The notes below the pieces were generated by a model. The model did not search any database, was not told the origin of the DNA, and saw only the letters and a list, made by a program, of their open reading frames with translations. A stretch of DNA of 64,000 nt from Alphaproteobacteria bacterium (lineage in GTDB: Bacteria > Pseudomonadota > Alphaproteobacteria > UBA8366), in the NCBI GenBank assembly GCA_965228425.1, contig OZ245815.1, positions 3,672,095 through 3,736,094 of the forward strand, written 5' to 3'. Of the stretch, positions 1 through 9,533 are shown in pieces (within the stretch, counting starts at the first letter, position 1; every line of letters begins with the position of its first letter). The translations under genes were made by a program, and so were the position numbers.

Positions 1-2
1 GC

Positions 3-392
3 GTGAAGTTGAAGATGTTCAAGGGCGACGGCGCCGAGATATCCGACCGCGGCCGGCATCTGCTCGCCATCATCGGGTCGATCGTCTCGAAACTACCGCA
101 TCACATCGCCATCACCGGACATACGGACCACGCACCGCAAACGTCCCAAGCGGCAACATCGAAGTGGCTGGTATCCGGCGATCGCGCGGACAATGCGCGC
201 GCCACATTGGTCAATTTCGGGGTTGCTGCCGGACGCTTCTCCCGGATCGTCGGCAAAGGCGATACGGTGCCGGTGCATCCGAGCTTTCCGAAAGCGAAAC
301 GCAACAACCGGATCAGCGTCCTCCTTCTGAACAAGCCCATCGGCAAGGCCGCTGGACGCGACACGAAAACCAACGTCGCGGCGGATCGGTAG
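3..392 (+). CDS. OmpA/MotB-domain protein, C-terminal fragment (gene begins upstream of the window)
   Basis: Frame is open from the window edge. OmpA-like peptidoglycan-binding motifs are present (ITGHTD...SKWLVSGDRADNARATL...NNRISVLL). Stop at 390-392, 5 nt before motB. Confidence 0.75.
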   Translation: MKLKMFKGDGAEISDRGRHLLAIIGSIVSKLPHHIAITGHTDHAPQTSQAATSKWLVSGDRADNARATLVNFGVAAGRFSRIVGKGDTVPVHPSFPKAKRNNRISVLLLNKPIGKAAGRDTKTNVAADR

Positions 393-397
393 ACGTC

Positions 398-1330
398 ATG
401 GCTGGAAATTCCGATCGCGAAATCATCGTCGTCAAGAAGAAGATCGCGGCCGAAGCCCACGGCGGTAGCGCGTGGAAAGTGGCCTATGCGGACTTCGTCA
501 CAGCGATGATGGCGTTCTTCCTGTTGCTATGGCTCTTGAACGCGACGACCGAGGAACAGAAACAAGGGCTTTCGAACTACTTCGAACCCGTTGGCGCTAC
601 CAGCGGGTCAACGGGTAGCGGCGGTGTCTTCGGCGGCATATCCGCCACCGACCCCGGCCCCATCGAGGCGCCCGGCCAGACCACGTCGAAAGCGGTCAAC
701 GTCCGGTCACAGGTGGTGAACACCAACGATGACGATATTTCGCGCGGCGACCCGTCGGAATCGACGAAGACGCCCAACCAGGAAAAGCTCCCGAATAGCA
801 GCGACGAAAATCGCCAAATGAGCGCGGCCAAAATCGCGATCCAGCGATCGATGGAACAAATCCCGGAATTGCTGAACCTCTACAAATCGGTCGCCATCGA
901 CGAAACGCGCGAGGGATTGCGCATTCGCCTGATGGACCGGAAAAAGCAGCCGCTATTCGACCAGGGCGGTATCGAACTCAATGAAGACGGCAAGAAGCTG
1001 GTCAAAGTCATTTACGAGGTTATTTCCCGCATGCCGAACAAGATTCAGGTATCGGGGCATACATCGCGAAACGACGAGGCCGCAGCGCAAGGACGGTCCA
1101 ACTGGAGAATTTCCATGCAGCGCGCCTATGCGGGCCGCGCGGCGTTGATTGCGCTCGGCACGCCGGACAAGCGGTTCGCCGCCGTCCGTGGCAATGCGGA
1201 ACGCGCTCCCCTGCACAAGAAGTCCCCGGAGGCGATCGAAAATAGGCGCATCGAGGTCACGCTGCTGCGGGAGAAGCCGAAGATCGCGGCAAAAGACCTG
1301 ATTCCGCCTTCGCTCTTGAACCGAAACTGA
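398..1330 (+). CDS. motB: flagellar stator protein MotB
   Basis: ATG at 398, in frame within ORF 164..1330. N-terminus is GGSAWKVAYADFVTAMMAFFLLLW (MotB TM segment with the conserved Asp). C-terminal OmpA-like domain (VSGHTS...NWRISMQRAYA...NRRIEVTLL). Confidence 0.9.
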   Translation: MAGNSDREIIVVKKKIAAEAHGGSAWKVAYADFVTAMMAFFLLLWLLNATTEEQKQGLSNYFEPVGATSGSTGSGGVFGGISATDPGPIEAPGQTTSKAVNVRSQVVNTNDDDISRGDPSESTKTPNQEKLPNSSDENRQMSAAKIAIQRSMEQIPELLNLYKSVAIDETREGLRIRLMDRKKQPLFDQGGIELNEDGKKLVKVIYEVISRMPNKIQVSGHTSRNDEAAAQGRSNWRISMQRAYAGRAALIALGTPDKRFAAVRGNAERAPLHKKSPEAIENRRIEVTLLREKPKIAAKDLIPPSLLNRN

Positions 1331-1397
1331 CGTCAATCGCAAGCGAAGCCCCCTTGCAAGGCGCAATTCGCCCCCCAATGTGGTAAAATAACGACCT

Positions 1398-1931
1398 TTG
1401 ACGCAAACGGGGACCATCGTGCCGACGAACCTACCGGATCGACTAGACTCGCTTTTGGAATGGTCGGAAGAGCCGCCTAATCCGCTCGACCGGCCGGATT
1501 TCTATGACGGTCTCTTGTGGCGGCGAAGTTTGGCCTTTTGTATCGATGCGGCGCTGTTGTTCTCCGTGGCGGCGGTGTTCTTTGTCTTCAATATTCTGAC
1601 ATTCTTCATCTTCACCGCCATTCTGGTGCTCGTCTGGGCCGCCCCGATGTTCATCCTCTACGACATGGTGACGATCGGGAGCAGCGCCTCGGCAACGCTC
1701 GGCATGCGCTGGCTCGGACTGGAAACGCGGAGCTGGGACGGCGGCAAACCCTCCTATCTGCACATCCTGATTTCATCGGCATTGTTCTGGTTCCTGGTAC
1801 CGCTGACCGGCGGGCTGATCCTGCTCGTCGGCGTCTTCAGCGACCGCCGGCGTCAGATCCACGACGTCCTGTCGGGCACCGTCGTCATCAACACCAAGAC
1901 AGCCCGGAACCCGACCGTCATCGACGCCTAG
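1398..1931 (+). CDS. RDD-family membrane protein
   Basis: WRRSLAFCIDAALLF followed by several hydrophobic segments and a C-terminal RRQIHDVLSGTVVI, typical of the RDD domain. 1398 is TTG; GTG at 1419, preceded by GGGGA, is an alternative start. Confidence 0.7.
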   Translation: MTQTGTIVPTNLPDRLDSLLEWSEEPPNPLDRPDFYDGLLWRRSLAFCIDAALLFSVAAVFFVFNILTFFIFTAILVLVWAAPMFILYDMVTIGSSASATLGMRWLGLETRSWDGGKPSYLHILISSALFWFLVPLTGGLILLVGVFSDRRRQIHDVLSGTVVINTKTARNPTVIDA

Positions 1932-1952
1932 CATCGCGTCTCCCGAATTCCG

Positions 1953-2753
1953 CTAACGTCCCTTGAACGGACCTGCCGGTCTTTTCTCCGCAAAGGCCCG
2001 CGCGGCTTCTTGGAAGTCCTCGGTCAGGTAAAGCTTAAGCGGCGCGGTCTGCATCATGATTTCGCGGCCAAGCTGATCGAGATACCACCGCCGGGTGCGA
2101 ACCGTCGCACGGACGCTGAGCGGCGGGTTCTTGCATACTTCGTTCGCCAATTCGGTCGCCACCGCGAGGCATTCTCCCTTGGGCGCGACCCGGTTCAAGA
2201 GGCTCGCCGCATGCGCTTCCTCGGCGGTGAAGAAGCGTCCCGTCAGGGCCATTTCGGTAGCGAACGCGCCGCCGCCGCGATAGTTCAGCAATCCCCAATA
2301 TTTCGACGCGCCGAGGCCGCGCGACGTTTCGGTGATCTGGAACTGGGTCCCCGTTTCCGCCACGACGAGGTCGCACTCGAAGACGATACCGACCGCCAGG
2401 CCCAGCACGTAGCCATGCACTGCGGCGATCACCGGCTTCCAATTGACCGATCGTGTAAGCAGATCCGCCGAATGCGCGCCGTGGGCCTGCGGGCCGCCGA
2501 TGCGCTCGAACTCCTTCCGGTCGCGCAGCTGCCGCTGATGTACGTCGGCGCCGCTGGAAAAGGCCCGGCCGCTGCCGCAGATGATCGCGATATGGGCGTC
2601 GTTGTCGGCATCGAAACGGCGGAGGCCATCGCCCAGCGCCCGGACGAGGTCGTCGTTGAAGGCATTCAACTTTTCCGGTCGGTTCAGCGTCAATGTGACG
2701 ATGTTCCCGTCGCGTGCGTATTTCACCAATTCGGCGGATTCGTCCTGCGGCAT
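1953..2753 (-). CDS. enoyl-CoA hydratase/isomerase (crotonase) family protein
   Basis: N-terminus is GNIVTLTLNRPEKLNAF; the oxyanion-hole region reads ICGSGRAFSSGADV...VHGYVLGLAVG. Confidence 0.9.
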   Translation of the reverse strand: MPQDESAELVKYARDGNIVTLTLNRPEKLNAFNDDLVRALGDGLRRFDADNDAHIAIICGSGRAFSSGADVHQRQLRDRKEFERIGGPQAHGAHSADLLTRSVNWKPVIAAVHGYVLGLAVGIVFECDLVVAETGTQFQITETSRGLGASKYWGLLNYRGGGAFATEMALTGRFFTAEEAHAASLLNRVAPKGECLAVATELANEVCKNPPLSVRATVRTRRWYLDQLGREIMMQTAPLKLYLTEDFQEAARAFAEKRPAGPFKGR

Positions 2754-2847
2754 TCTTGTCTCTCCCTATTCGCGCGGCATGGCGCCGGCGCCATTTCGGA
2801 GAGTCTGTCACAAACCGCCCGGACGAGGCGAATTCGGACAGCTGGCG

Positions 2848-4677
2848 CTAACGGGTCCTGAAGAGAAAGACACCGTCGATATGGCTGATATCGGTTTCGC
2901 CCCCACGCAACGCGCCGTTCAGGGACATGACCACCAAGCGCACCTGAAGCGGGCCGTCCGCCGCCTCCAAGGTGACACGCGCGGAATCCGTCAGCCGCTG
3001 CGTCGCAACACCGGAAAACACATCGAGCCGTTTGGCGAGCTGGCGAAGGTCGAAACGGACCGTCCGATCGGCGGCATCCCGGACCGTCACAATGCCTGTG
3101 CTTTGCTCAAAGCCGACGCGGTAACTCTCGCCGGTGGACGGCGCCACAACCATTCGATCCGCCGTCTTCCGCCAAAACCGGAGGCGCATCATGACATCAT
3201 AGCCCGATACGGGGAGCGCCAACGGCTCCGTCAGGTTTACCCTGAATTCCGGCTGTATTTGCCAATTGCCTACAAATGGCAGTCCAAGCGCTTCGACGAA
3301 TTCCTTGGTGTTCCAATCGTCCGACAGCCCCAGCTCGGATTCGCGGCCGTCCAGCCAATCGATGAAACGCTGCCGGCGGTGCGTGGCGACGAGATAAGCG
3401 ACGATTCCGCTGATTCGTTTGCTCGTTTCGAATGGGACCGATTTGCCCGGCCGCACCAAGCCATCCTTCGTCAGATACCCATTCTCGGCCAATATCGGCT
3501 CGAGCCGTGCGATCTGACTTCGGATCGACGTTTCGACCGCCCCCCAAGGACCGGCGCTGGCAAGCGTTAGAAGCACCCCCAGCAGCAACGGCGCAACGAC
3601 CAAGCGCCGGCCGCCAAAGCTGAAGGATAGCGCCAGCACGAACAGCCAACCTGTCAACAAAATCAACAGATAGCGTTCTTCCGTTAAACCATAGGCGCCG
3701 ACCCGGACACCGACCGCGATCGCCAATAACCCTGCCGGCAGAAACAGGGCCGGAAAGAAGCCGCGATCGAACAACCGGAGCAGGCGATTGCCAGTTCCCC
3801 GCAATGGATAGATCGTCAGCTTCGTTGCGACGCCGACCAGCGCGAACCAGCAGACGAGCCAGGCGATCTGCCCCTTCGGCAGGTTCCATTCGACGCCAAT
3901 CTTGACCGCAAATGCATAGAGGATCACGAGATAGACCGACGCGAGCGGCACGTAGACATATCGCGCGATGAAGCCAATCCAACGGGGACAATAGTCGCCT
4001 TCCGGCGCGTCGAAACCCGGCGGCATGGAACTGAGCGCGCGCCACGGCCATACCAGGCAAAAACAGACGATCCAGATGTCGCTGCTCAGCTGGCGCGGCA
4101 CGTCGATCCCGAACAATTCCTCCAACGCCAGCAATACGGCATTGAGCCCGGCGCCGAGGATCACCGCCACGGTGAAGCCGAAGATCATGCCGGTCAGCGC
4201 GACCCTGTTGAAATCCCACAACGCCGCATTGCCCAATTCCCCGGCGCGATAGGGGGTCGCCATGATCAGGAACACGAAACCGGCGAATAGAAAGGCCATC
4301 GCGGGGTCGGGGAAGAAGTCATGGCCGGCGGTCCACGAATTGCCGACCACGATTGCGGTGAGTGCGAGCAGCACTATCGCCAAAGCGATACCGAGGGCCC
4401 CTCCGACGCCCCCTACATCCACACCGCGCCGTTCGGCCACGAGCTTCGCCAACAGCGTTGCGAAGAATCCCAAGATCAGGAACTGTATCGCTTGACTGTT
4501 GAGAAGTACGCCGCCCAGCAGTTCGACCTTGTGCTCCTCGGCCAAACCGAACACGGTCGCACCGCAAGCGGCGGCGGCGGGGAGCGGAAACCGCCGTGAC
4601 GCGGTCAGCGCCTCGTCGGCAAGATCGCGCAGGGACGGCAATCGCAAACGTTTAAACACGGGTGGGTCCTTTGACAT
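2848..4677 (-). CDS. large polytopic membrane protein (DUF4153-like) with a C-terminal soluble domain
   Basis: 609-aa ORF with high GC3, more than 10 hydrophobic segments and then a ~200-aa hydrophilic tail. The family name is recalled from similar annotated proteins and is not verified. Confidence 0.55.
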   Translation of the reverse strand: MSKDPPVFKRLRLPSLRDLADEALTASRRFPLPAAAACGATVFGLAEEHKVELLGGVLLNSQAIQFLILGFFATLLAKLVAERRGVDVGGVGGALGIALAIVLLALTAIVVGNSWTAGHDFFPDPAMAFLFAGFVFLIMATPYRAGELGNAALWDFNRVALTGMIFGFTVAVILGAGLNAVLLALEELFGIDVPRQLSSDIWIVCFCLVWPWRALSSMPPGFDAPEGDYCPRWIGFIARYVYVPLASVYLVILYAFAVKIGVEWNLPKGQIAWLVCWFALVGVATKLTIYPLRGTGNRLLRLFDRGFFPALFLPAGLLAIAVGVRVGAYGLTEERYLLILLTGWLFVLALSFSFGGRRLVVAPLLLGVLLTLASAGPWGAVETSIRSQIARLEPILAENGYLTKDGLVRPGKSVPFETSKRISGIVAYLVATHRRQRFIDWLDGRESELGLSDDWNTKEFVEALGLPFVGNWQIQPEFRVNLTEPLALPVSGYDVMMRLRFWRKTADRMVVAPSTGESYRVGFEQSTGIVTVRDAADRTVRFDLRQLAKRLDVFSGVATQRLTDSARVTLEAADGPLQVRLVVMSLNGALRGGETDISHIDGVFLFRTR

Positions 4678-4789
4678 GGTCGCCGGCCGAATAACACGGG
4701 GGCGATATGGTCTCAGGCGCTCGGATCTGTGTCCGAATCTGGGTCATTTGGTGGCCGGCGCACCCGTCCGCGAGGAAGCGCCCAATCGC

Positions 4790-5995
4790 CTACCCCAGTT
4801 TCTGATAGACGAAGAGCGGCGCCAGATATTGCCCGTCCGGCGTCTTTTCGGTGAGGCGGTAGTAGGAATTCTCCGGAATTTCGTCGAAGGGATACAGCTC
4901 GATCCCGAACCCGAGCCCCTGCCCGCTCATGGTTTCGAGATTCTCCAACTGGATCATCGACTGGAAATACAGAAACACCCCATCCTTTTTCAGCATCGCG
5001 GGGACGCGTTCCAGAAACGGCAACATCGGCGGCATCAGTGTATCGAAATAGATTCCGTCGAATTGCGGCAGGCCATCGAGCGCATCCTGCCACGTCGAAT
5101 GCACCAGATTGACGCCCTTCTTGTCTTCGGCCCAATCGCGCGCTTTCTCGACCACCTGTTCGTGCGCTTCGATGATGGTGTGGGTGGTTACGCCCTGTTG
5201 CTGGATCGCCGTGTCGATGATCGCCATGCCGAAGCCCACGTTCAGCACATCGCCCTGATTGTGACAGACGATCTCCGCAGACCTTTCCATGATGGGCCGT
5301 TCCCATTCCATCATCACCTCGAACCCGTCGGGCAAGGTAATCTCGGAGTCCGAGAAGGTTAGGTCCGTATTCAGGAAATCCTGCTCGGTCATGTACTCAT
5401 GGTCCGGCGCCATCGCCATGACGTTCCGGTGCAAGGCCGTCGCCGCCGTCAAATCCCCCGGATGCCGCATCGTGGCGCCGATATTCTGCAGGGCATAGGG
5501 CAGATCGGTGTCAAAGATATCGGCTTGCGCGGCCATCGCGCGCGCTTCCGCCGACCGGCCGACCGCGTTCAAAAGTTCGGCGAGCGTCGAGTAGCATCCG
5601 AACAGGACCGGTACCGAATCCACCGCCTGCCAATAGGCCGCCAGTACGGCGTCCAGCGCGTCGGTCGCCAGCAGCCGCATGCCCGGCTCGAACCGCGTAA
5701 TTCGATGGGCATCGAGCGCGGCTGCCAATTTCGCATGCGTTTCCACGACATCCGGCTTGCGGTCGATGATGTTGCGAAACACCGCCATCGACTGGTCCAG
5801 GTCACCGAGACCGGCCAACGCGGCGCCGAGATTGAATTCGGCCATGTCCGATTCGGGATTCAACGCCAACGCCTGGCGCAAAACGACGATCGCCTCGTCG
5901 AAGGCCTCGCGCTCGAGATACTCGTTCCCCTCGCGGGTCAGCCGGATCGATTCCTCCAAACCCGCGCCATTTCCGTTACTCATCGTGATATCCAT
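4790..5995 (-). CDS. TPR-repeat protein fused to a GAMT/RMT2-like SAM-dependent methyltransferase domain
   Basis: C-terminal half aligns by eye to guanidinoacetate N-methyltransferase: VMMEWERPIMERSAE, VLNVGFGMAI, IIEAHEQVVEKARDWA, FDGIYFDT, and a terminal YYRL...PLFVYQK. The N-terminal ~200 aa is TPR-like. ATG at 5995 is preceded by GGGGA; the ORF itself extends to 6100. Confidence 0.75.
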   Translation of the reverse strand: MDITMSNGNGAGLEESIRLTREGNEYLEREAFDEAIVVLRQALALNPESDMAEFNLGAALAGLGDLDQSMAVFRNIIDRKPDVVETHAKLAAALDAHRITRFEPGMRLLATDALDAVLAAYWQAVDSVPVLFGCYSTLAELLNAVGRSAEARAMAAQADIFDTDLPYALQNIGATMRHPGDLTAATALHRNVMAMAPDHEYMTEQDFLNTDLTFSDSEITLPDGFEVMMEWERPIMERSAEIVCHNQGDVLNVGFGMAIIDTAIQQQGVTTHTIIEAHEQVVEKARDWAEDKKGVNLVHSTWQDALDGLPQFDGIYFDTLMPPMLPFLERVPAMLKKDGVFLYFQSMIQLENLETMSGQGLGFGIELYPFDEIPENSYYRLTEKTPDGQYLAPLFVYQKLG

Positions 5996-6194
5996 GGCGT
6001 CCCCGCTCGCAGACCGACTATTGCCCAACCGAACCACACTCCCCGACGCGTCACATACACCATCGGCGCTGATCGAACCAGTGTGGCCGATTTTCCGCAC
6101 CTCCCCATTTTAGGGTAATTGCGCCGGAGACCATCCTCTAGCATCATGGGAAGGTCGCAAATCGCGATGCACAGACGGACGGTCGGAAACAACG

Positions 6195-6917
6195 ATGACG
6201 CTGCAACGGCTACCAGACCGTATGCTTACCTTCTACCGGTCGGGGCCGATGCCCTGCCCGTACCTGACCGGCCGCGTCGAACAACAGCTCTTCACCGAAC
6301 TGACGGGCGCGAGCGCACAAGATGCGTTCGAGCAACTATCGCTTGGCGGGTTCCGCCGCAGCCACCATATCGCCTACCGGCCGGCCTGCCGGGGCTGCTC
6401 CGCCTGTGTCCCGGTCCGCGTCGACGCGCGCAACTTCATTGACACCAAAAGCTGGCGGCGGGTCATGCGAACCAACGCCGACCTGACCGCAACCAGCGCC
6501 GGCAAGCATATAACCGACGAGCAGTATCAGCTCTTCCGGAAATACGTGAACCACCGCCACGGCGACGGCGACATGTCTCGTATGAACCGGCGCGAATATG
6601 CGGCCATGGTCGTGACCAGCCCCGTCGAGACCGACCTGATCGAATTCCGCGACGATAGCGGCCGTCTGGTCGCAGGTTGCCTGACGGACCGGATGCAGAG
6701 CGGCCTATCCGCCGTGTACAGCTTCTTCGACCCGAACCTGCCGAAACGCAGTCTCGGCAGTTACATGGTGCTGTGGCTGATCGCCGAGGCCCGCGCCCGC
6801 AATCTGGACCATGTCTATCTAGGCTTCTGGATCAAGGACAGCGCGAAAATGGCCTACAAAGGGCGGTTCCGGCCGCTCGAAGCCTTCGGTCCCGACGGAT
6901 GGCAACGTCTCGATTGA
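6195..6917 (+). CDS. bpt: arginyltransferase-family aspartate/glutamate leucyltransferase (Bpt)
   Basis: FYRSGPMPCPYLTGRVEQQLFTEL, GFRRSHHIAYRPACRGCSACVPVRV and SAVYSFFDP...SLGSYMVLW...YLGFWI are hallmarks of bacterial Bpt/ATE. Confidence 0.9.
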   Translation: MTLQRLPDRMLTFYRSGPMPCPYLTGRVEQQLFTELTGASAQDAFEQLSLGGFRRSHHIAYRPACRGCSACVPVRVDARNFIDTKSWRRVMRTNADLTATSAGKHITDEQYQLFRKYVNHRHGDGDMSRMNRREYAAMVVTSPVETDLIEFRDDSGRLVAGCLTDRMQSGLSAVYSFFDPNLPKRSLGSYMVLWLIAEARARNLDHVYLGFWIKDSAKMAYKGRFRPLEAFGPDGWQRLD

Positions 6918-6958
6918 CGTTGGATTAGGGCGACCAGCCGCGAAACATTCGGTGCGCC

Positions 6959-8158
6959 CTACACTTGGCCCAATCGATCCAGCTTCCGGAAAACCGTTTT
7001 CTGATACACCGCCGCCGTGGCCATCCCGGCCGCGACCAAAACGAACGCCGTGCGGTAGCCGTCCACCAATCCTACAATCGCACCGAAAACCGGCGGCACG
7101 ATCGCGACGCCGGCCATGATGAAAACCTGCATACCGCTGGCCACCTCGCCGGTCCGTTCCGCCGGCGCGAACTTGACCAACTCCGAAAAGAACAAGCCGT
7201 TCCATCCGGCGCAAGTGGTGCCGAGCACGAAGCTCACCAAACCGATCACCCAAACCGGCCAACCCGGTCCGTATAGGCCGGCCACGATCGTGAGCGCGCC
7301 CGTGATAGTCCCAAGGCCGACCAACAGCGGATTCGCGGGAAGATATCGGTCCGCGATCGCGCCCCAGAACAAACGGCCAAGAATCGCGCCCAGTTGCAGC
7401 AGGGAGAAAATCAGCCCGGCCGTAGTCAGCGGGAGAGCGAGCGCCGCGGTGAGATACACCACATAAAATGTCATGACCGTCACCTGGGCGCCGGAATAGG
7501 TAAAGCCGACGACGGCCAAGGCCCGCAAACGGGGATCGCCCGCAACCAACTTCAGCGGCTCGACAATATCGGAACGACGGAACCGCCGGGCGGGCTGCCG
7601 CTCGGTATCGAAACGCCGCCGCAGCGGTTGGATCGCAATGGCGACCACGATGGCCATGATGCCGGCGGTCAGGATAGCGGCCCGCCAATCGTAAAGCGCC
7701 GTCACGAACGGCATGATCAATCCGGCTATCCCGGCACCGGCGGGCATGCCGGTCTGCTTGATGGAAAAGAAGAGCGGCCGAAGCTTTGTCGCCGTGACGC
7801 GGGCGAGAATATGCGTGCTGACCGGATTGACCGGCCCGTAACAGAGCCCGAGCAGAACTGCACCCAATATCGCGGCAAGCGGGGTCGCCAACGTCAGGAT
7901 CGACACGGCGAACACTGTGAACAGCATCAGAATTTGACTGACACGGATCGCGCCAAACCGATCGGCGAAAGAGCCCGTCAGGAGACCGCCCGCCATACCC
8001 GACCCGTAAACGATAGCGCTAAAGACTCCGATAAGCGTCGCATCGACACCGATTTCAGGCGCGGCGACCGGCGCAACCACCGATATCCCGAACAAGGCCA
8101 CCGCCGCGACGGTCTGAATCGAAAAGGTCGCCAACAACGGCCCTATCGCATCACGCAC
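6959..8158 (-). CDS. MFS transporter
   Basis: 12-TM-like hydrophobic profile with GSFADRFG in the loop 2-3 position. The ORF is open to 8323, but the first TM starts after GTG at 8158, which gives a typical ~399 aa. The start is uncertain. Confidence 0.8.
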   Translation of the reverse strand: MRDAIGPLLATFSIQTVAAVALFGISVVAPVAAPEIGVDATLIGVFSAIVYGSGMAGGLLTGSFADRFGAIRVSQILMLFTVFAVSILTLATPLAAILGAVLLGLCYGPVNPVSTHILARVTATKLRPLFFSIKQTGMPAGAGIAGLIMPFVTALYDWRAAILTAGIMAIVVAIAIQPLRRRFDTERQPARRFRRSDIVEPLKLVAGDPRLRALAVVGFTYSGAQVTVMTFYVVYLTAALALPLTTAGLIFSLLQLGAILGRLFWGAIADRYLPANPLLVGLGTITGALTIVAGLYGPGWPVWVIGLVSFVLGTTCAGWNGLFFSELVKFAPAERTGEVASGMQVFIMAGVAIVPPVFGAIVGLVDGYRTAFVLVAAGMATAAVYQKTVFRKLDRLGQV

Positions 8159-8445
8159 CGAATTCTCGGACCTCCCGATCGCCAAATTTTCAGATCCCTG
8201 CCGGTCGCGTGGTTTAGTGACGGAAAGACGCAGGTGCTTTCGACAATTCGGATGCGACCCGAAAAACGCCCTACACGCGCCCTCTGGTTGAGAAGTTGTT
8301 GCCCCTCTATAATGCACTTTCATTGGGAGGGGCTCACAATATAGTGCAAGTGAACGGTATTACGCTCAGCACAATGTGAACATGACGCGTACCGCCACCT
8401 AACAAAACGATCCGGATAACGGAACCATAGGGGGAGACGGGACCG

Positions 8446-9456
8446 ATGAGAAAGTTGATGTACGCGGCGACCGTGATCGTCGGCGTCTTTGGAGCCTTTG
8501 CCACCAACGCAGCAACGGCCGCCTGCGGCAAGGTCACGATTTCCGATATGAACTGGCCGTCGGCCACGCTTATGGCGAACGTGGATCGCTTGATCCTGCG
8601 ACACGGATACGATTGCACCACCGAACTCGTACCAGGCGACACAATGCCCACCGGCACGTCGATGATCGAAAAAGGCCAACCCGATATCGCCCCGGAACTC
8701 TGGAGCAACTCCTTCGCCGATGCTCTGAAAAAGGGCGTTACCGAGAAACGCCTGCGGATTGCCGGAAAATCGCTTTCGGATGGTGGCGTGGAAGGTTTCT
8801 GGGTGCCGAAATACATGGTCGACCGGGATCCGTCCCTCGCCACGATCGAGGGCATCAAACGCAATGCGAAATTGTTCAAACACCCCGAAGACCCCGACAA
8901 GTCGGCAATATACGGCTGTCCATCCGGCTGGAATTGCCAAATCTCGTCGGGCCATCTGTTCAAGGCGCTGAAGCTTGCCGACGCCGGGTTCAAGCTGGTT
9001 GATCCCGGCTCTGCCGCAGGGCTCGACGGCTCGATTGCCAAGGCCTACGAGCGCGGCAAGTCCTGGTTCGGGTACTACTGGTCGCCAACGCCAATCCTCG
9101 GGAAATACCAGATGGTGCGGGTCGATTTCGGTGTGGGCGTCGACGAGAAGCATTGGGAATCCTGCATCAGCCAACCCGAGTGCAGCAATCCGAAACCCAG
9201 CATGTATCCGACCGCGCGGGTGATTACGCTGACCACGGAGGACTTCGCGAAGCGCGCGCCCAAGGCATATGCGTATTTGACGAAACGGGCGTTCACCAAC
9301 GCGAAGATGAACACGCTGCTCGCCTGGATCGGGGAGAACCAGGCCGACGGGGAAACCGCCGCCGTTCATTTCCTGAAGAATTATGAAACCACTTGGACCC
9401 GTTGGGTTCCGGCCGATGTCGCCGGCAAGGTTCGGATCGCCGTCGCCGGTCTCTAG
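8446..9456 (+). CDS. proX: glycine betaine/proline-betaine-type ABC transporter, periplasmic substrate-binding protein
   Basis: Signal peptide followed by ACGKVTISDMNWPSATLMANV...GQPDIAPELWSN, which is ProX-like. It lies directly upstream of the permease and ATPase genes. Confidence 0.85.
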   Translation: MRKLMYAATVIVGVFGAFATNAATAACGKVTISDMNWPSATLMANVDRLILRHGYDCTTELVPGDTMPTGTSMIEKGQPDIAPELWSNSFADALKKGVTEKRLRIAGKSLSDGGVEGFWVPKYMVDRDPSLATIEGIKRNAKLFKHPEDPDKSAIYGCPSGWNCQISSGHLFKALKLADAGFKLVDPGSAAGLDGSIAKAYERGKSWFGYYWSPTPILGKYQMVRVDFGVGVDEKHWESCISQPECSNPKPSMYPTARVITLTTEDFAKRAPKAYAYLTKRAFTNAKMNTLLAWIGENQADGETAAVHFLKNYETTWTRWVPADVAGKVRIAVAGL

Positions 9457-9533
9457 ATCGGCAATACAAAGTCTTCGGTAGAATCGTGCGATACTAGACC
9501 TTTCTGGATTTGACGCCGACAAGGACCGAAGCG

